From the NCBI GenBank assembly GCA_048938005.1, contig JBHLMQ010000001.1, positions 1-64,000 on the forward strand: a DNA stretch of 64,000 nucleotides, in the 5' to 3' direction. Of the stretch, positions 28,171 to 37,948 are shown piece after piece. Below the pieces are notes generated by a model, which was not told where the DNA came from, searched no databases, and saw nothing but the letters and a program-made list of their open reading frames with translations. Position numbers and translations under genes: made by a program. Source of the DNA: Promethearchaeota archaeon (lineage in GTDB: Archaea; Asgardarchaeota; Lokiarchaeia; Sigyniarchaeales; SOKP01). Position 1 is the stretch's first letter. Every line of letters starts with the position of its first letter.

Positions 28171-28701
28171 ATTATTGTAAAAGTATATGTGTGTAAAATA
28201 TGTGGAGAAGCTTATATTGGAGAAGAAGCACCTAGTCGATGCCCATTTTGCGGAGCATATAAAAAATATTTCGTAGAATCGACAGAATATGATGATACAG
28301 GTGCATGGGATGTTGAATTAAATGAAAAAGATAAAGCCAATGCTGAAAAAGCTTTAGAAGTAGAAGTATCTAACAATATTTTCTATAAATGCGCTAGTAA
28401 TAAGACTCCAGAATTAGATGGTCAAAAATTATTTAAAATTCTTGCTAAAGTTGAAGCTGAACACGCTTCTGTTTGGAAGAAAATTTTAAAGTTAGATAAA
28501 GTAGAATTTCCTAAATATGATAAATGTGCCCCTGAATACACGCCGAATTTAGAAGAATCACATAGTAGAGAAGATAGAGCTATAAAGTTTTACGGCCAAG
28601 CAGCAGCGGAAGCTCAAAATTCTCGTGTAAAAGAAATTTTTCTAGCTTTTGTCGAGGTTGAAACAGATCATCTCCATTTATCTGAAGAAAGGTTAAAATA
28701 A
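28171..28701 (+). CDS. Rubredoxin-domain + rubrerythrin (ferritin-like) protein
   Basis: CKICG...CPFCGA; ExxH motifs VEAEH and VETDH; start extended to ATT at 28171 behind GGTGA. Confidence 0.88.
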   Translation: MIVKVYVCKICGEAYIGEEAPSRCPFCGAYKKYFVESTEYDDTGAWDVELNEKDKANAEKALEVEVSNNIFYKCASNKTPELDGQKLFKILAKVEAEHASVWKKILKLDKVEFPKYDKCAPEYTPNLEESHSREDRAIKFYGQAAAEAQNSRVKEIFLAFVEVETDHLHLSEERLK

Positions 28702-28804
28702 TTGCCTTTCTTTTCACATTTTTTTATTTTGATATAATGATTTATTTAAGATTAAATTGAAATTTTATAATATGTAATTAATTTGAAAATTATAGGGATA
28801 TTAA

Positions 28805-31291
28805 ATGAGTAAAACTGGAAGAGAATTACCACTTTATAAAATTGCCGAGCCTCATAATCTCTCTCCACGACAAAAGTGGTTAAGGGATTATTATTTTAAG
28901 GGGATAGAAAGAGAATGGAATAATGAGTTTTCATCTTTTACAACTGGAACAGACTGGGATATTGTTTTTCATGAGGGAGATTTTTATATAAATCCAGAAG
29001 TACTTTATTATATTCAGATGATGGGGAAAAATGATAGAGGTGTATTTGCTTCATCTTTTAGATCAATGGCTGTATCAGTTGAGCTACCAGATAATTTTTG
29101 GGAATTAACTTTACCAGAACGTAGAGCAATATTTCTTGAAAAAGTTATGCTTGATTATTTTCCTCAAGAAATTATTTCTGAAAATGATTTAATTGCAGGT
29201 GGGAGATTTAATACACAATTAAGCAAATGTTTTAATGAAAAAGAAGCGAGAGAATATTGGAAAAAAAATATAAGAAATCGAGAAGAAATTTTTAAATATC
29301 ATAAATCTGGTTTCGGAAATCTAGGAGCAATACCGGGGCATATAATACCTGATTATGAAACAATAGTAAAGAAGGGATTTAAATATATATATGAAAAAGC
29401 TCGAAAAGTATACGAAAGACTCAGTGAAGATGAAAAAGTTGGGGTAAAAGGAGGAGAACTCCGAGCCATGATGATTTCAGCAGAAATTCCAAAGAAATTA
29501 GCAAAAAAGTATGTAGAGGAATGTCGAAGATTAAAAAATAATACGAATAATCCTGAAAGAATTGAAGAACTTGAAGAAATGGCGAAAAATTTAGAAAAAG
29601 TACCATGGGAACCTGCTGAGACTTTTTGGCAAGGAATTCAAGCAATTTGGCTTATTCATATGTTAGTAATGGCTGAAGAGTCGTATCCAGGAGCAGGCCT
29701 CTCTTTTGGAAGGATTGACCAGTACTTATGGGAACTATATAAAAAGGATATTATTGATCAAAAAAATATCACTAAAGCGTTTGCGAAAGATATTTTAGGT
29801 AGTTTCTGGTTTCATTGTAATACTGTTTATGATGCTATGATTAAAGTTGGTAAGCAGGGAATAACCTCATCATTCGGTCAAATAATTACACTCTCTGGTT
29901 GCGGCCCAAACGGAGAAGATTTAACGAATGAACTTACATATACTATGCTTGAAGTTATAGATTCGTGGTATCCTAGCCTTGAACCTAAACCTAATATAAG
30001 GATTCATAGAAATTCTCCGGATAAACTTTTAGATATTTTAGTCGATATGATTTCTAGAGCTCAGGGTTCTCCGTTCATTCTGAACTTTGACGAGAGGAGT
30101 ATTGCTGGATTGATTAAAGAAGGAATTCCAAAAGAAGAAGCTTGGAATTACGGAATAGTAGGGTGTCTGGAAAATACTATGCAAGGTAATGACAGAAGTG
30201 GTACAGTAAATTGCAATCCTAATTTAACTAAATCTATTGAGTTAACTTTGTGGAATGGTAAAAATATGCCTGGAAATGATATCATAACTAAACCAGGTGA
30301 ACAAATTGGACCAGAAACGGGAGATGCCGAAAATTTTCAAACATGGGAAGAATTTTATAATGTTTGGAAAGAACAAATCAGGTTTATTATTAATTATACG
30401 GTAGATATAAATAATTTATGCGAAGAGCTTCGAGGAAATTTTATTCCCACTCCCTACCTGTCAACAATGGTTCGAGGATGTATAGAGCAAGGTTTAGATA
30501 TTACAAATGGAGGTCCTGAGCTAAGATTTACTACTGTTGAAGGAGTAGGATTTGCTACAACAGTAGATTCATTATTAGCAATTAAAAAGCTTGTATATGA
30601 AGATAAGAAATATACAATAGCCCAGATTAAGGACGCTATTATGAATGACTTCGAAGGATATGAAGTAATGCAAAATTACTTAAGGAATAAGGCTCCTAAA
30701 TATGGAAACGATGAAGATGATAATGATGAATTAGCTAGAATGGTAATGGAAACATGGACAGAAGAATGTTGGAAATATAAAACTCCAACTAATTATCAAT
30801 ATCGTCCAGGAATGTTATCCTGGAACTATTGGGCAGGAGCTGATGCGGGTTATACAATAGCAACTCCAAATGGACGAAATAAGGGATTATTTCTATCAAA
30901 TGCCATTTGTCCAACCGACGGTGCTGATATGAAAGGACCTACTGCAGTTGCTAATTCTGTTGGTAATGTATTAGGAGGAAAAACTGAATATGGAGAATAC
31001 ATTAATTATTTGCCTAATGGAGCAAGTCATACAATTACATTTAATCCATCTATAATTAAAGATCCAGAACATAAAGAGAAATTCAAAGCATATTTAAAAG
31101 GTTATATAGAAAACGGAGGTACTGCTCTACAATTCAATATGCTCGATGCCGAGATGTTAAAAGATGCTCAAAAACATCCCGAGAATTATAAGAATCTTTT
31201 AGTTAGAATAACTGGTTATAATGCATATTTCACTGCAATAGGTAGAGAATTACAAAATGAAATTATCGCAAGAGAATCTCATAAAATATGA
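28805..31291 (+). CDS. Glycyl radical enzyme (PFL2/glycerol dehydratase-like, substrate unknown)
   Basis: Gly loop LVRITGYNAYF, single-Cys loop VGCLE, SFGRIDQ and ATPNGR. Confidence 0.92.
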   Translation: MSKTGRELPLYKIAEPHNLSPRQKWLRDYYFKGIEREWNNEFSSFTTGTDWDIVFHEGDFYINPEVLYYIQMMGKNDRGVFASSFRSMAVSVELPDNFWELTLPERRAIFLEKVMLDYFPQEIISENDLIAGGRFNTQLSKCFNEKEAREYWKKNIRNREEIFKYHKSGFGNLGAIPGHIIPDYETIVKKGFKYIYEKARKVYERLSEDEKVGVKGGELRAMMISAEIPKKLAKKYVEECRRLKNNTNNPERIEELEEMAKNLEKVPWEPAETFWQGIQAIWLIHMLVMAEESYPGAGLSFGRIDQYLWELYKKDIIDQKNITKAFAKDILGSFWFHCNTVYDAMIKVGKQGITSSFGQIITLSGCGPNGEDLTNELTYTMLEVIDSWYPSLEPKPNIRIHRNSPDKLLDILVDMISRAQGSPFILNFDERSIAGLIKEGIPKEEAWNYGIVGCLENTMQGNDRSGTVNCNPNLTKSIELTLWNGKNMPGNDIITKPGEQIGPETGDAENFQTWEEFYNVWKEQIRFIINYTVDINNLCEELRGNFIPTPYLSTMVRGCIEQGLDITNGGPELRFTTVEGVGFATTVDSLLAIKKLVYEDKKYTIAQIKDAIMNDFEGYEVMQNYLRNKAPKYGNDEDDNDELARMVMETWTEECWKYKTPTNYQYRPGMLSWNYWAGADAGYTIATPNGRNKGLFLSNAICPTDGADMKGPTAVANSVGNVLGGKTEYGEYINYLPNGASHTITFNPSIIKDPEHKEKFKAYLKGYIENGGTALQFNMLDAEMLKDAQKHPENYKNLLVRITGYNAYFTAIGRELQNEIIARESHKI

Positions 31292-31393
31292 AAAATTTTT
31301 ATTGATTTTAATTAATTTTTTATTGGTTAATGCCTAAATTTAGAGGATTTAAAATTTATTTATATTATTAAAACGATAGAAAAACTTAATATA

Positions 31394-32395
31394 ATGGCTA
31401 CATCTGAAGCTTTAATTTTTCAAATTCAGAAATTTTCAACTGAAGATGGTCCGGGCATCAGAACAACTGTATTTTTCAAACATTGCCCATTAAAGTGCAT
31501 ATGGTGCCATAATCCTGAATCTATACTTAAAACACCTCAACTTGAATGGTTTAAGCATAAATGTATTGGATGTAGGACATGTATAGAAACATGCCAAGAA
31601 AATGCACTTGCCTTTGACAAGAATGGCTTACAAATTGATAGAAAAATATGTAATAATTGCGGAGAGTGTGTAGAGGAATGTCCTTCTACAGCATTAAATA
31701 TGTTAGGTAAATGGTGGAAGTTGGAAGATCTCTTTTATGAAATAGAAAAAGATAAAGTTTATTATACTAAATCTAAAGGAGGAATAACTGTTTCCGGTGG
31801 TGAACCCACACAACAACCTGATTTTGTAGCTGAATTTTTAAAAAAATGTAAGGAAAATGGAATATCGACTGCTATAGACACATGTGGATATGCATCTAAA
31901 ACTGTTTATGAGCAGATTTTACCCCATGTCGATTTAGTACTTTTAGATTTAAAACATATAGCCTCTGATAAGCATAATGAATATACAGGAGTTCCTAATG
32001 AAGTAATATTAGAAAATGCCATTTGGATTTCTGAAAATTTGAAAAAAAGCGGGAAAAAAATGTGGATTAGGACTCCGCTTATCCCCCATTATACTGCCAC
32101 TGATGAAAATGTTAGAGGAATAGGGGAATTCATTGTAAATAAATTAGATAATTTCCCTGAAAGATGGGATCTTCTTTCATTTAATAATCTTTGTATCTCA
32201 AAATATGAGAGATTAGATATGGAATGGGTTTTAAAAGATGAGCCTTTAATGAATGATAGAGAAGTAGAATATTTTTTCAACATTGCAGAATCCACAGGGG
32301 TTAAAAATCCTCATTGGTCTGGACTAACAAAGAGAATAGATAATGATAAAAAAGGTACCAAGGAAATTAAAGAATCAAAATTACAATCTTGTTAA
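31394..32395 (+). CDS. Glycyl-radical enzyme activating protein
   Basis: DGPGIRTTVFFKHCPLKCIWCHNPE; two ferredoxin CxxCxxCxxxC inserts; GGITVSGGEP. Confidence 0.94.
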   Translation: MATSEALIFQIQKFSTEDGPGIRTTVFFKHCPLKCIWCHNPESILKTPQLEWFKHKCIGCRTCIETCQENALAFDKNGLQIDRKICNNCGECVEECPSTALNMLGKWWKLEDLFYEIEKDKVYYTKSKGGITVSGGEPTQQPDFVAEFLKKCKENGISTAIDTCGYASKTVYEQILPHVDLVLLDLKHIASDKHNEYTGVPNEVILENAIWISENLKKSGKKMWIRTPLIPHYTATDENVRGIGEFIVNKLDNFPERWDLLSFNNLCISKYERLDMEWVLKDEPLMNDREVEYFFNIAESTGVKNPHWSGLTKRIDNDKKGTKEIKESKLQSC

Positions 32396-32439
32396 TTATA
32401 TAATTGAAAGTTTATATCAAATAGATAAATGTATAAATT

Positions 32440-33318
32440 ATGAATGGAAGTAATAATAACCTTGGTTGGAGATCTGAGTTTTCAGACGAACTTATTGAAT
32501 TTACCCAACCAGATATAATGGTAAAATTAATATCAACAATAGATTCGCGTGGTTTGCCACATATTACGATGATTACTTCAAATCGGGCGATAAGTAATGA
32601 TCAAATTGTATGGGGACAATTCTTTGCAGGTACTAGTAAGGAAAATGTACAGATAAATCCAAAACAAGGAATTTTTTATATGAATGCGGAACCACCATTC
32701 AAGTTCCTCCAAGTAAAAGCCGATTTTATTCATACTAAAACTGAAGGAGAAGACCTTGAATATTTTAATCAAACAGAATTAATGCGGTATTTTACAGTTG
32801 TCAACGTTTATAAAGTCTTTTACAATAAAGTTATTGCTGTGACTCCTATTAGAGATTTACCGCCTGGTGGTGTTCCAAAAAAAATTATTAAAGCTATTCT
32901 AAAAGAAGCAAAAACCAATTTAGAAGAGAAACGATTAAATGTTATAGGATATAAATTATTTACAGATAAAATAGGTGTAAGAGCAATATCATATATCGAT
33001 CCATCTGATGGATATCCTGTAATTATTCCACATCTTCAATTAAATGCTGTTGATCATAATAGACTCTATTTCCCATTGACAGCATTAAAGGAAGATTTTT
33101 TAAAGATTCCTGTTAATTCAAAAGTAGCTGTTATTGGCGCTAATTTCGATATGGCTAGCCAAGTAGTAAAAGGAACGTTTACAGGTATTCAAAAACTCGA
33201 AAATATTGAGTATGGATTAATAGATATTGAAGAAATCTATAATAGTTCTCCTCCTATTACTGGTAAAATTTACCCTGAAATTGAAACAAGACCTAAGGTT
33301 AATAAATTTACACTTTAA
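32440..33318 (+). CDS. Tandem pyridoxamine 5'-phosphate oxidase-like (split-barrel) protein
   Basis: ISTIDSRGLPHIT...SKENVQINP, with a second repeat ISYIDPSDGYPVII. Confidence 0.7.
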   Translation: MNGSNNNLGWRSEFSDELIEFTQPDIMVKLISTIDSRGLPHITMITSNRAISNDQIVWGQFFAGTSKENVQINPKQGIFYMNAEPPFKFLQVKADFIHTKTEGEDLEYFNQTELMRYFTVVNVYKVFYNKVIAVTPIRDLPPGGVPKKIIKAILKEAKTNLEEKRLNVIGYKLFTDKIGVRAISYIDPSDGYPVIIPHLQLNAVDHNRLYFPLTALKEDFLKIPVNSKVAVIGANFDMASQVVKGTFTGIQKLENIEYGLIDIEEIYNSSPPITGKIYPEIETRPKVNKFTL

Positions 33319-33391
33319 ATTTTTTCTCAATCATTGAAGAATTTAAACTAACAAACGAAGAAAATATTGAATATCACTTTATTGAATAAAA

Positions 33392-34090
33392 ATGTTTAGA
33401 TATCAAGATTTCGGGCTGAAAAAAGATAATTTATATGAAATTATAGCTACTACTTATTCTATTAATGAAGATGGTAAAGAAATTAAACCTAATGCCTCAT
33501 GTATGGGTATTAGAATGATAGAGGGAGAGCATATACAAATATCACCTTTCTATAGCACTACTACGTATAAAAATTTGAAAGAATATAGTGTAATTGCAAT
33601 TAATTTCGTTAATGATGTTTATTTTTATGCTCTCGCAGCTTTAAAAGAACCAGATTCTCCTATTGGTTTGATAAATTTTCCTACAAAATATTATGATTTT
33701 AAATATTTAGAATCTCGTGCGATGGATGTACCTTATATAAAGAAAGCATGGGGAATAATAATAGGCGAAGTTTCACAAGAATTACAGAAAACTAAAAAAG
33801 ATGATTTAGGAGAAGTTATTATACCAATATTTAAATTAAATGTTATTTTCTCTGAAAAATTTCAAGAATCTTATAAGTTATTTAATAGAGCAGATAATCT
33901 AGCTTTAGAAACCATTATTTTAGCAACTCGGTTAAAAATTGCAAAAGAAAACCAAAAACAACTACTATTTTCTAAAATCCACAAAAAAATTATGAATTAT
34001 ATAGAGAATATTAAAAGATTTGGGAAAAATGAAAAAGCACTTAATACTATCGAATTAGTAAATAAATATGTTAATAATTTAACAACTTAA
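33392..34090 (+). CDS. DUF447 family protein (pterin-pathway associated)
   Basis: YEIIATT, PNASCMGI, STTYKNL and FNRA...LE.IILATR. Confidence 0.82.
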   Translation: MFRYQDFGLKKDNLYEIIATTYSINEDGKEIKPNASCMGIRMIEGEHIQISPFYSTTTYKNLKEYSVIAINFVNDVYFYALAALKEPDSPIGLINFPTKYYDFKYLESRAMDVPYIKKAWGIIIGEVSQELQKTKKDDLGEVIIPIFKLNVIFSEKFQESYKLFNRADNLALETIILATRLKIAKENQKQLLFSKIHKKIMNYIENIKRFGKNEKALNTIELVNKYVNNLTT

Positions 34091-34482
34091 CTTTTTTCAC
34101 GAATTTTTTCAATGAACATTAGTGGATATTCCAATTCATCGATCCATTCTACTTTTGCGACCACTTGTACTGATTCATACTCAATAATTACTTCCGCTTT
34201 GATAATTTTACCGGAAATTTCATCATAATCGAATTCTGATTCTTTTCCACCTACAATTTTTTCTTTATCTAAACGAATTTTTACAGATTTTACAAATGGT
34301 TGGCATGAAATAGCTGATTCAATTCCTGATTCTATAGAATTAATTATATTTTCATTATTTTTAACAGGAATTCCGCTAAGGATATGATATAATGCACCTA
34401 GTTTAATACCTGTCTCAAAACAAGCTCTTTCTCTCTCAGTTAAATCAGGTGAGAAATATATCTTTTCATTACTTTTTGGCAT
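34087..34482 (-). CDS. mptD: Archaeal dihydroneopterin aldolase
   Basis: RERACFETGIKLGALYH..SG, CQPFV and LEYPLM. Confidence 0.88.
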   Translation of the reverse strand: MPKSNEKIYFSPDLTERERACFETGIKLGALYHILSGIPVKNNENIINSIESGIESAISCQPFVKSVKIRLDKEKIVGGKESEFDYDEISGKIIKAEVIIEYESVQVVAKVEWIDELEYPLMFIEKIREKS

Positions 34483-34488
34483 ATATTT

Positions 34489-35499
34489 TCAATCTATATA
34501 TTCTAATTTTGCTCCACAATTGTTAGGTTTACAAATATAGATATGGCCTCCATGATGTTTTTGATTCTTTTGAACTTCTTTTAATATTTTTTCTGCTTCT
34601 GAGACCGATTCTACAACTCCAAAAACACTTGGTCCAAATGATGACATTCCATATGCTTTTAGCCCACAATTCTCAAAAAAATTTAGTAGATCTTTAACTA
34701 CCTGATGCTGCAACCCTATCTCGATTTTTTTAAATCCTATACTCTGAATTCTTTTTATTCCTTCTCCAAAGCACAATAAATCATTTTTAATGATTCCAGG
34801 TAAAATCTTCATTATAACTTGATGTGAAACTTCATTTACTTCACTTCTAGGAATCGGGGCATAATTTTGAAATACACTGATTTCCTCGTCACCATAAGCA
34901 CCTTTCTTTACATTAGGAATAACAAGGATAAATCTCCAACTTTCAGGTATTTCATGTCTAACTATAGTTAAGGCAGGATTAGCTGAAGTTGACGCTGATG
35001 ATGGTAAAAAAGTTTCTTTTTCTTTCCCTTTTCCAAAATCATGTCCTCCATCTAAAATAAATCCACCTGTTTTAAAACCTTTCCATCCAATTCCAGATGT
35101 TCCGCCCCTTTCAACTAATTTAGTTAGGTCTTTATGAGTTAAATGATTAATATTTTTCAATTTCGTTATAGCTGTAGCTATAGCTAAGGATAATTGAGTT
35201 TTTGAACCCAATCCTACGTGTGAGGGAAAATATCTTTTAAGATTAAAATGAAAATTCTTATTACTAATATTATATCTTTTAAATACCTTAGAAGCTATTT
35301 CATTGATAACTTCAATTGATTCTCGATAATACTTATTAGCTTCAATTTTAAATTCTTTAGCATTATTAGAAGCTTCAAAGACCACATTAGGTCGATCTAA
35401 CATAAGACCAATTCCGCCATCCACTCTACCAGTGTATCCATTCTCGTCTATTAATGAAAGGTGAATGCGGCAAGGGGTTGTTATTCTTAAAGAAGTCAT
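34489..35499 (-). CDS. mptG: Beta-ribofuranosylaminobenzene 5'-phosphate synthase (GHMP family)
   Basis: TPCRIHLSLID, GRVDGGIG, HVGLGSKTQ, RGGTSGIG, DGGH and GMSSFGP. Confidence 0.92.
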   Translation of the reverse strand: MTSLRITTPCRIHLSLIDENGYTGRVDGGIGLMLDRPNVVFEASNNAKEFKIEANKYYRESIEVINEIASKVFKRYNISNKNFHFNLKRYFPSHVGLGSKTQLSLAIATAITKLKNINHLTHKDLTKLVERGGTSGIGWKGFKTGGFILDGGHDFGKGKEKETFLPSSASTSANPALTIVRHEIPESWRFILVIPNVKKGAYGDEEISVFQNYAPIPRSEVNEVSHQVIMKILPGIIKNDLLCFGEGIKRIQSIGFKKIEIGLQHQVVKDLLNFFENCGLKAYGMSSFGPSVFGVVESVSEAEKILKEVQKNQKHHGGHIYICKPNNCGAKLEYID

Positions 35500-35613
35500 A
35501 TTTATCTATTTAAAAAAGGAACTGTCAACTATAAATAAGAATTTTCAAAATAATTTAAATGTATTATATACTTTTATTCATAGTTTTTAGTGATTTAGAA
35601 GGATTGGTACAAT

Positions 35614-36999
35614 ATGAGCGATTTAGAAGGATTGACTAGAAATTTAATAAAAAAAGGATATTCTAAGCGACAGATTCTTGAAAGAATAGTACAAGAATAT
35701 CATGATTTCAAAGAGATTGATAATGGCTTAGCAATTAAATTAGCTAAAGCAATCTTAGATGAATGCATAAAAAGTGATATTAATTCTATATCAGAGCCTT
35801 TTGTAAAAGAATTATTGGATATCAATAATGCTAATGTCTCAGTAGGAAAACAAGGTGTTGGATGTAGGGGCGCTGGAGATTTTTTTGTTCATAAATTAAT
35901 CACAGAATTATCAGAAACAGATTATAAAGCTTTTTTATCACCAACATCATTAGACGATGCGGGAGCAGTTCGTATACATGATATTATGGGATATAAAAAT
36001 CAGCCATTTAAACATGAAGATTTAATAATTGTATCAAAAATGGAAGGAATTCATTCTCGTCTTAGTGATTTCCCATTCATATGTGGATTTCATGTAACTC
36101 GAGCTGCTTTAAGAGATTTATATGTTAAGGGAGCAAAACCTATTTCGATAATGATTGATATTCATCTGGGAGATGACGCAGATGTTGGTAAATTGTTTGA
36201 TTTTATAGCGGGGGTATCAACAGTTTCTGATTTAGCTAGAGTGCCAATAACCGCTGGTTCAACTTTAAGAATTGGAGGTGACATGGTAATTGGCAATAGA
36301 TTAGTTGGTGGAATAAGTGCAGTAGGAGTTTGTAACAGGTTGCTAGCAAGGAGAAATATTCAGGTGGGAGATAAAATTTTAATGACTGAAGGAGCTGGAG
36401 GTGGAACAATTACTACTACTGCAATCTATTCTGGAAATCATAAAATCGCAAGAGAAACAATGAACATTAAATTCCTTGAAGCTTGTGAAATTATTTTAAA
36501 CTCAGATTACATGAATGAAATTAGAGCCATGTGCGATGTTACAAATGGAGGATTACGAGGAGATTTATATGAAATTAACTATGAGGCTAAATGTGGTGTT
36601 AATATTTATGAAGAAAAGGTTAGAAACCTTGTAAATCCAACCGTTTTAAATATGTTGGAAACTGTAGGAGTTGATTATTTAGGAGTTTCTTTAGATGCAC
36701 TTTTAATATATTGTTCTGAATCCATATCAGAAAAAATTATTGATGATCTTAAAAGAAATGGTATTAAATGTGATGAAATAGGGTATGTAGACGATTCAAA
36801 CCAAGTTTTTCTTACTTATAATGGTAAAGAAAAAAAAGAAATACTCCCAAAATTCAGAGAATCTGCTTACACTAAAATAAAACAAGAGATAGGAGAAGAA
36901 ACACCCGAATCTCTTGAAGAAATGGAAAAAAGTATTGAAAAAGCAGCTTCAGAAGCGTTAAATAAGCGAAAAAAGATAATTGAATATATCAAAAACTAA
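35614..36999 (+). CDS. AIR synthase-related (PurM-like) protein
   Basis: GVGCRGAGDF, DDAG, GIHSRLS.FP, DVTNGG and LPKFRESAYT. Confidence 0.85.
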   Translation: MSDLEGLTRNLIKKGYSKRQILERIVQEYHDFKEIDNGLAIKLAKAILDECIKSDINSISEPFVKELLDINNANVSVGKQGVGCRGAGDFFVHKLITELSETDYKAFLSPTSLDDAGAVRIHDIMGYKNQPFKHEDLIIVSKMEGIHSRLSDFPFICGFHVTRAALRDLYVKGAKPISIMIDIHLGDDADVGKLFDFIAGVSTVSDLARVPITAGSTLRIGGDMVIGNRLVGGISAVGVCNRLLARRNIQVGDKILMTEGAGGGTITTTAIYSGNHKIARETMNIKFLEACEIILNSDYMNEIRAMCDVTNGGLRGDLYEINYEAKCGVNIYEEKVRNLVNPTVLNMLETVGVDYLGVSLDALLIYCSESISEKIIDDLKRNGIKCDEIGYVDDSNQVFLTYNGKEKKEILPKFRESAYTKIKQEIGEETPESLEEMEKSIEKAASEALNKRKKIIEYIKN

Positions 37000-37016
37000 A
37001 ATTTGTAAATATTATT

Positions 37017-37853
37017 TTAATTTAAATCTAAAACTTCATTCATTGAGCCTGATCTAAATCCTTCAATATCGACCGTGACATAAGTAAATCCAAGTTCTTT
37101 TAGTTTACTTCTAATTAATTCCATATTCTTTGCTGTTAAAACCTTAGTTAAATCCTCAGGTAAGAATTCGATACGGGCAAGACTCTCTTCATGTAGTCTT
37201 ACCCTTAATTGCTTTAAATTAAATGAATTTTTAAGGTATTTTTCTGCCTCTCTAATCATATTTAACTTTCTTTCATTTATAGTTTGACCATAAGGAATTC
37301 TAGATGAAAAGCAAGCCATTGATGGCTTGGATTGAACATCTAGATCATAATATTTACTAATCTCTCTTATTCCATTTTTGTTTATATTATAATCAATGTA
37401 AGGTGTAGAAATTTTTAATTCCTTTAAAGCTTGCATTCCTGGCCTATAATCCGAAAGATCATCGGCATTTGAACCATCTAAGATAATATCAAAATTTTTT
37501 GAATTTTTAATCTCAATTATATCATTATATAACCCAGTTTTACAAATATAACATCTATTTGAAGGATTACATTGAAATTCTTCATCTTTTAAGGGATTTC
37601 GTTCAATAATCATATGATTTATTCCATATTTTTTAGCAAATTGAGAAGCTACTTCAATTTCTTCTTCAGGATATAAAATTGAACGTTCAGTTATAAGTAG
37701 TGAATCTTCTGCGTATCTTTTTGAAAGAAATGCTAAAAGTGAACTATCTACACCCCCGGAAAAAGCTACTATAACCTTTTTTCCTTTTAAAAAAGATATA
37801 AGCTGTTTAAGTTTAAGATTAAGATTCTTTGATAGTTCCATAATCATTCTCAA
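37017..37853 (-). CDS. larE: ATP-dependent sacrificial sulfur transferase LarE
   Basis: AFSGGVDS, NRCYICK, DGSNADD..DYRPG, KPSMACFSSR, RVR and GFRSGSMN. Confidence 0.92.
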   Translation of the reverse strand: MRMIMELSKNLNLKLKQLISFLKGKKVIVAFSGGVDSSLLAFLSKRYAEDSLLITERSILYPEEEIEVASQFAKKYGINHMIIERNPLKDEEFQCNPSNRCYICKTGLYNDIIEIKNSKNFDIILDGSNADDLSDYRPGMQALKELKISTPYIDYNINKNGIREISKYYDLDVQSKPSMACFSSRIPYGQTINERKLNMIREAEKYLKNSFNLKQLRVRLHEESLARIEFLPEDLTKVLTAKNMELIRSKLKELGFTYVTVDIEGFRSGSMNEVLDLN

Positions 37854-37948
37854 TATTTATTTAATAATGTTTAAAATTAAATAATTCTTCAACACAGACA
37901 ATTTAAAAAAAGAAAAAAAAAAAATTTTTTGATTATTTTTGAAAACTA

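Noticed and set aside
28805-31291. Calling the GRE pyruvate formate-lyase (pflB)
   Set aside because: It lacks the adjacent Cys-Cys pair, and its activase has the ferredoxin insert typical of non-PFL GREs.
34087-34090. Convergent genes sharing a TTAA stop palindrome (also at 55752-55755)
   Set aside because: A common result of compact AT-rich genomes; no further structure.
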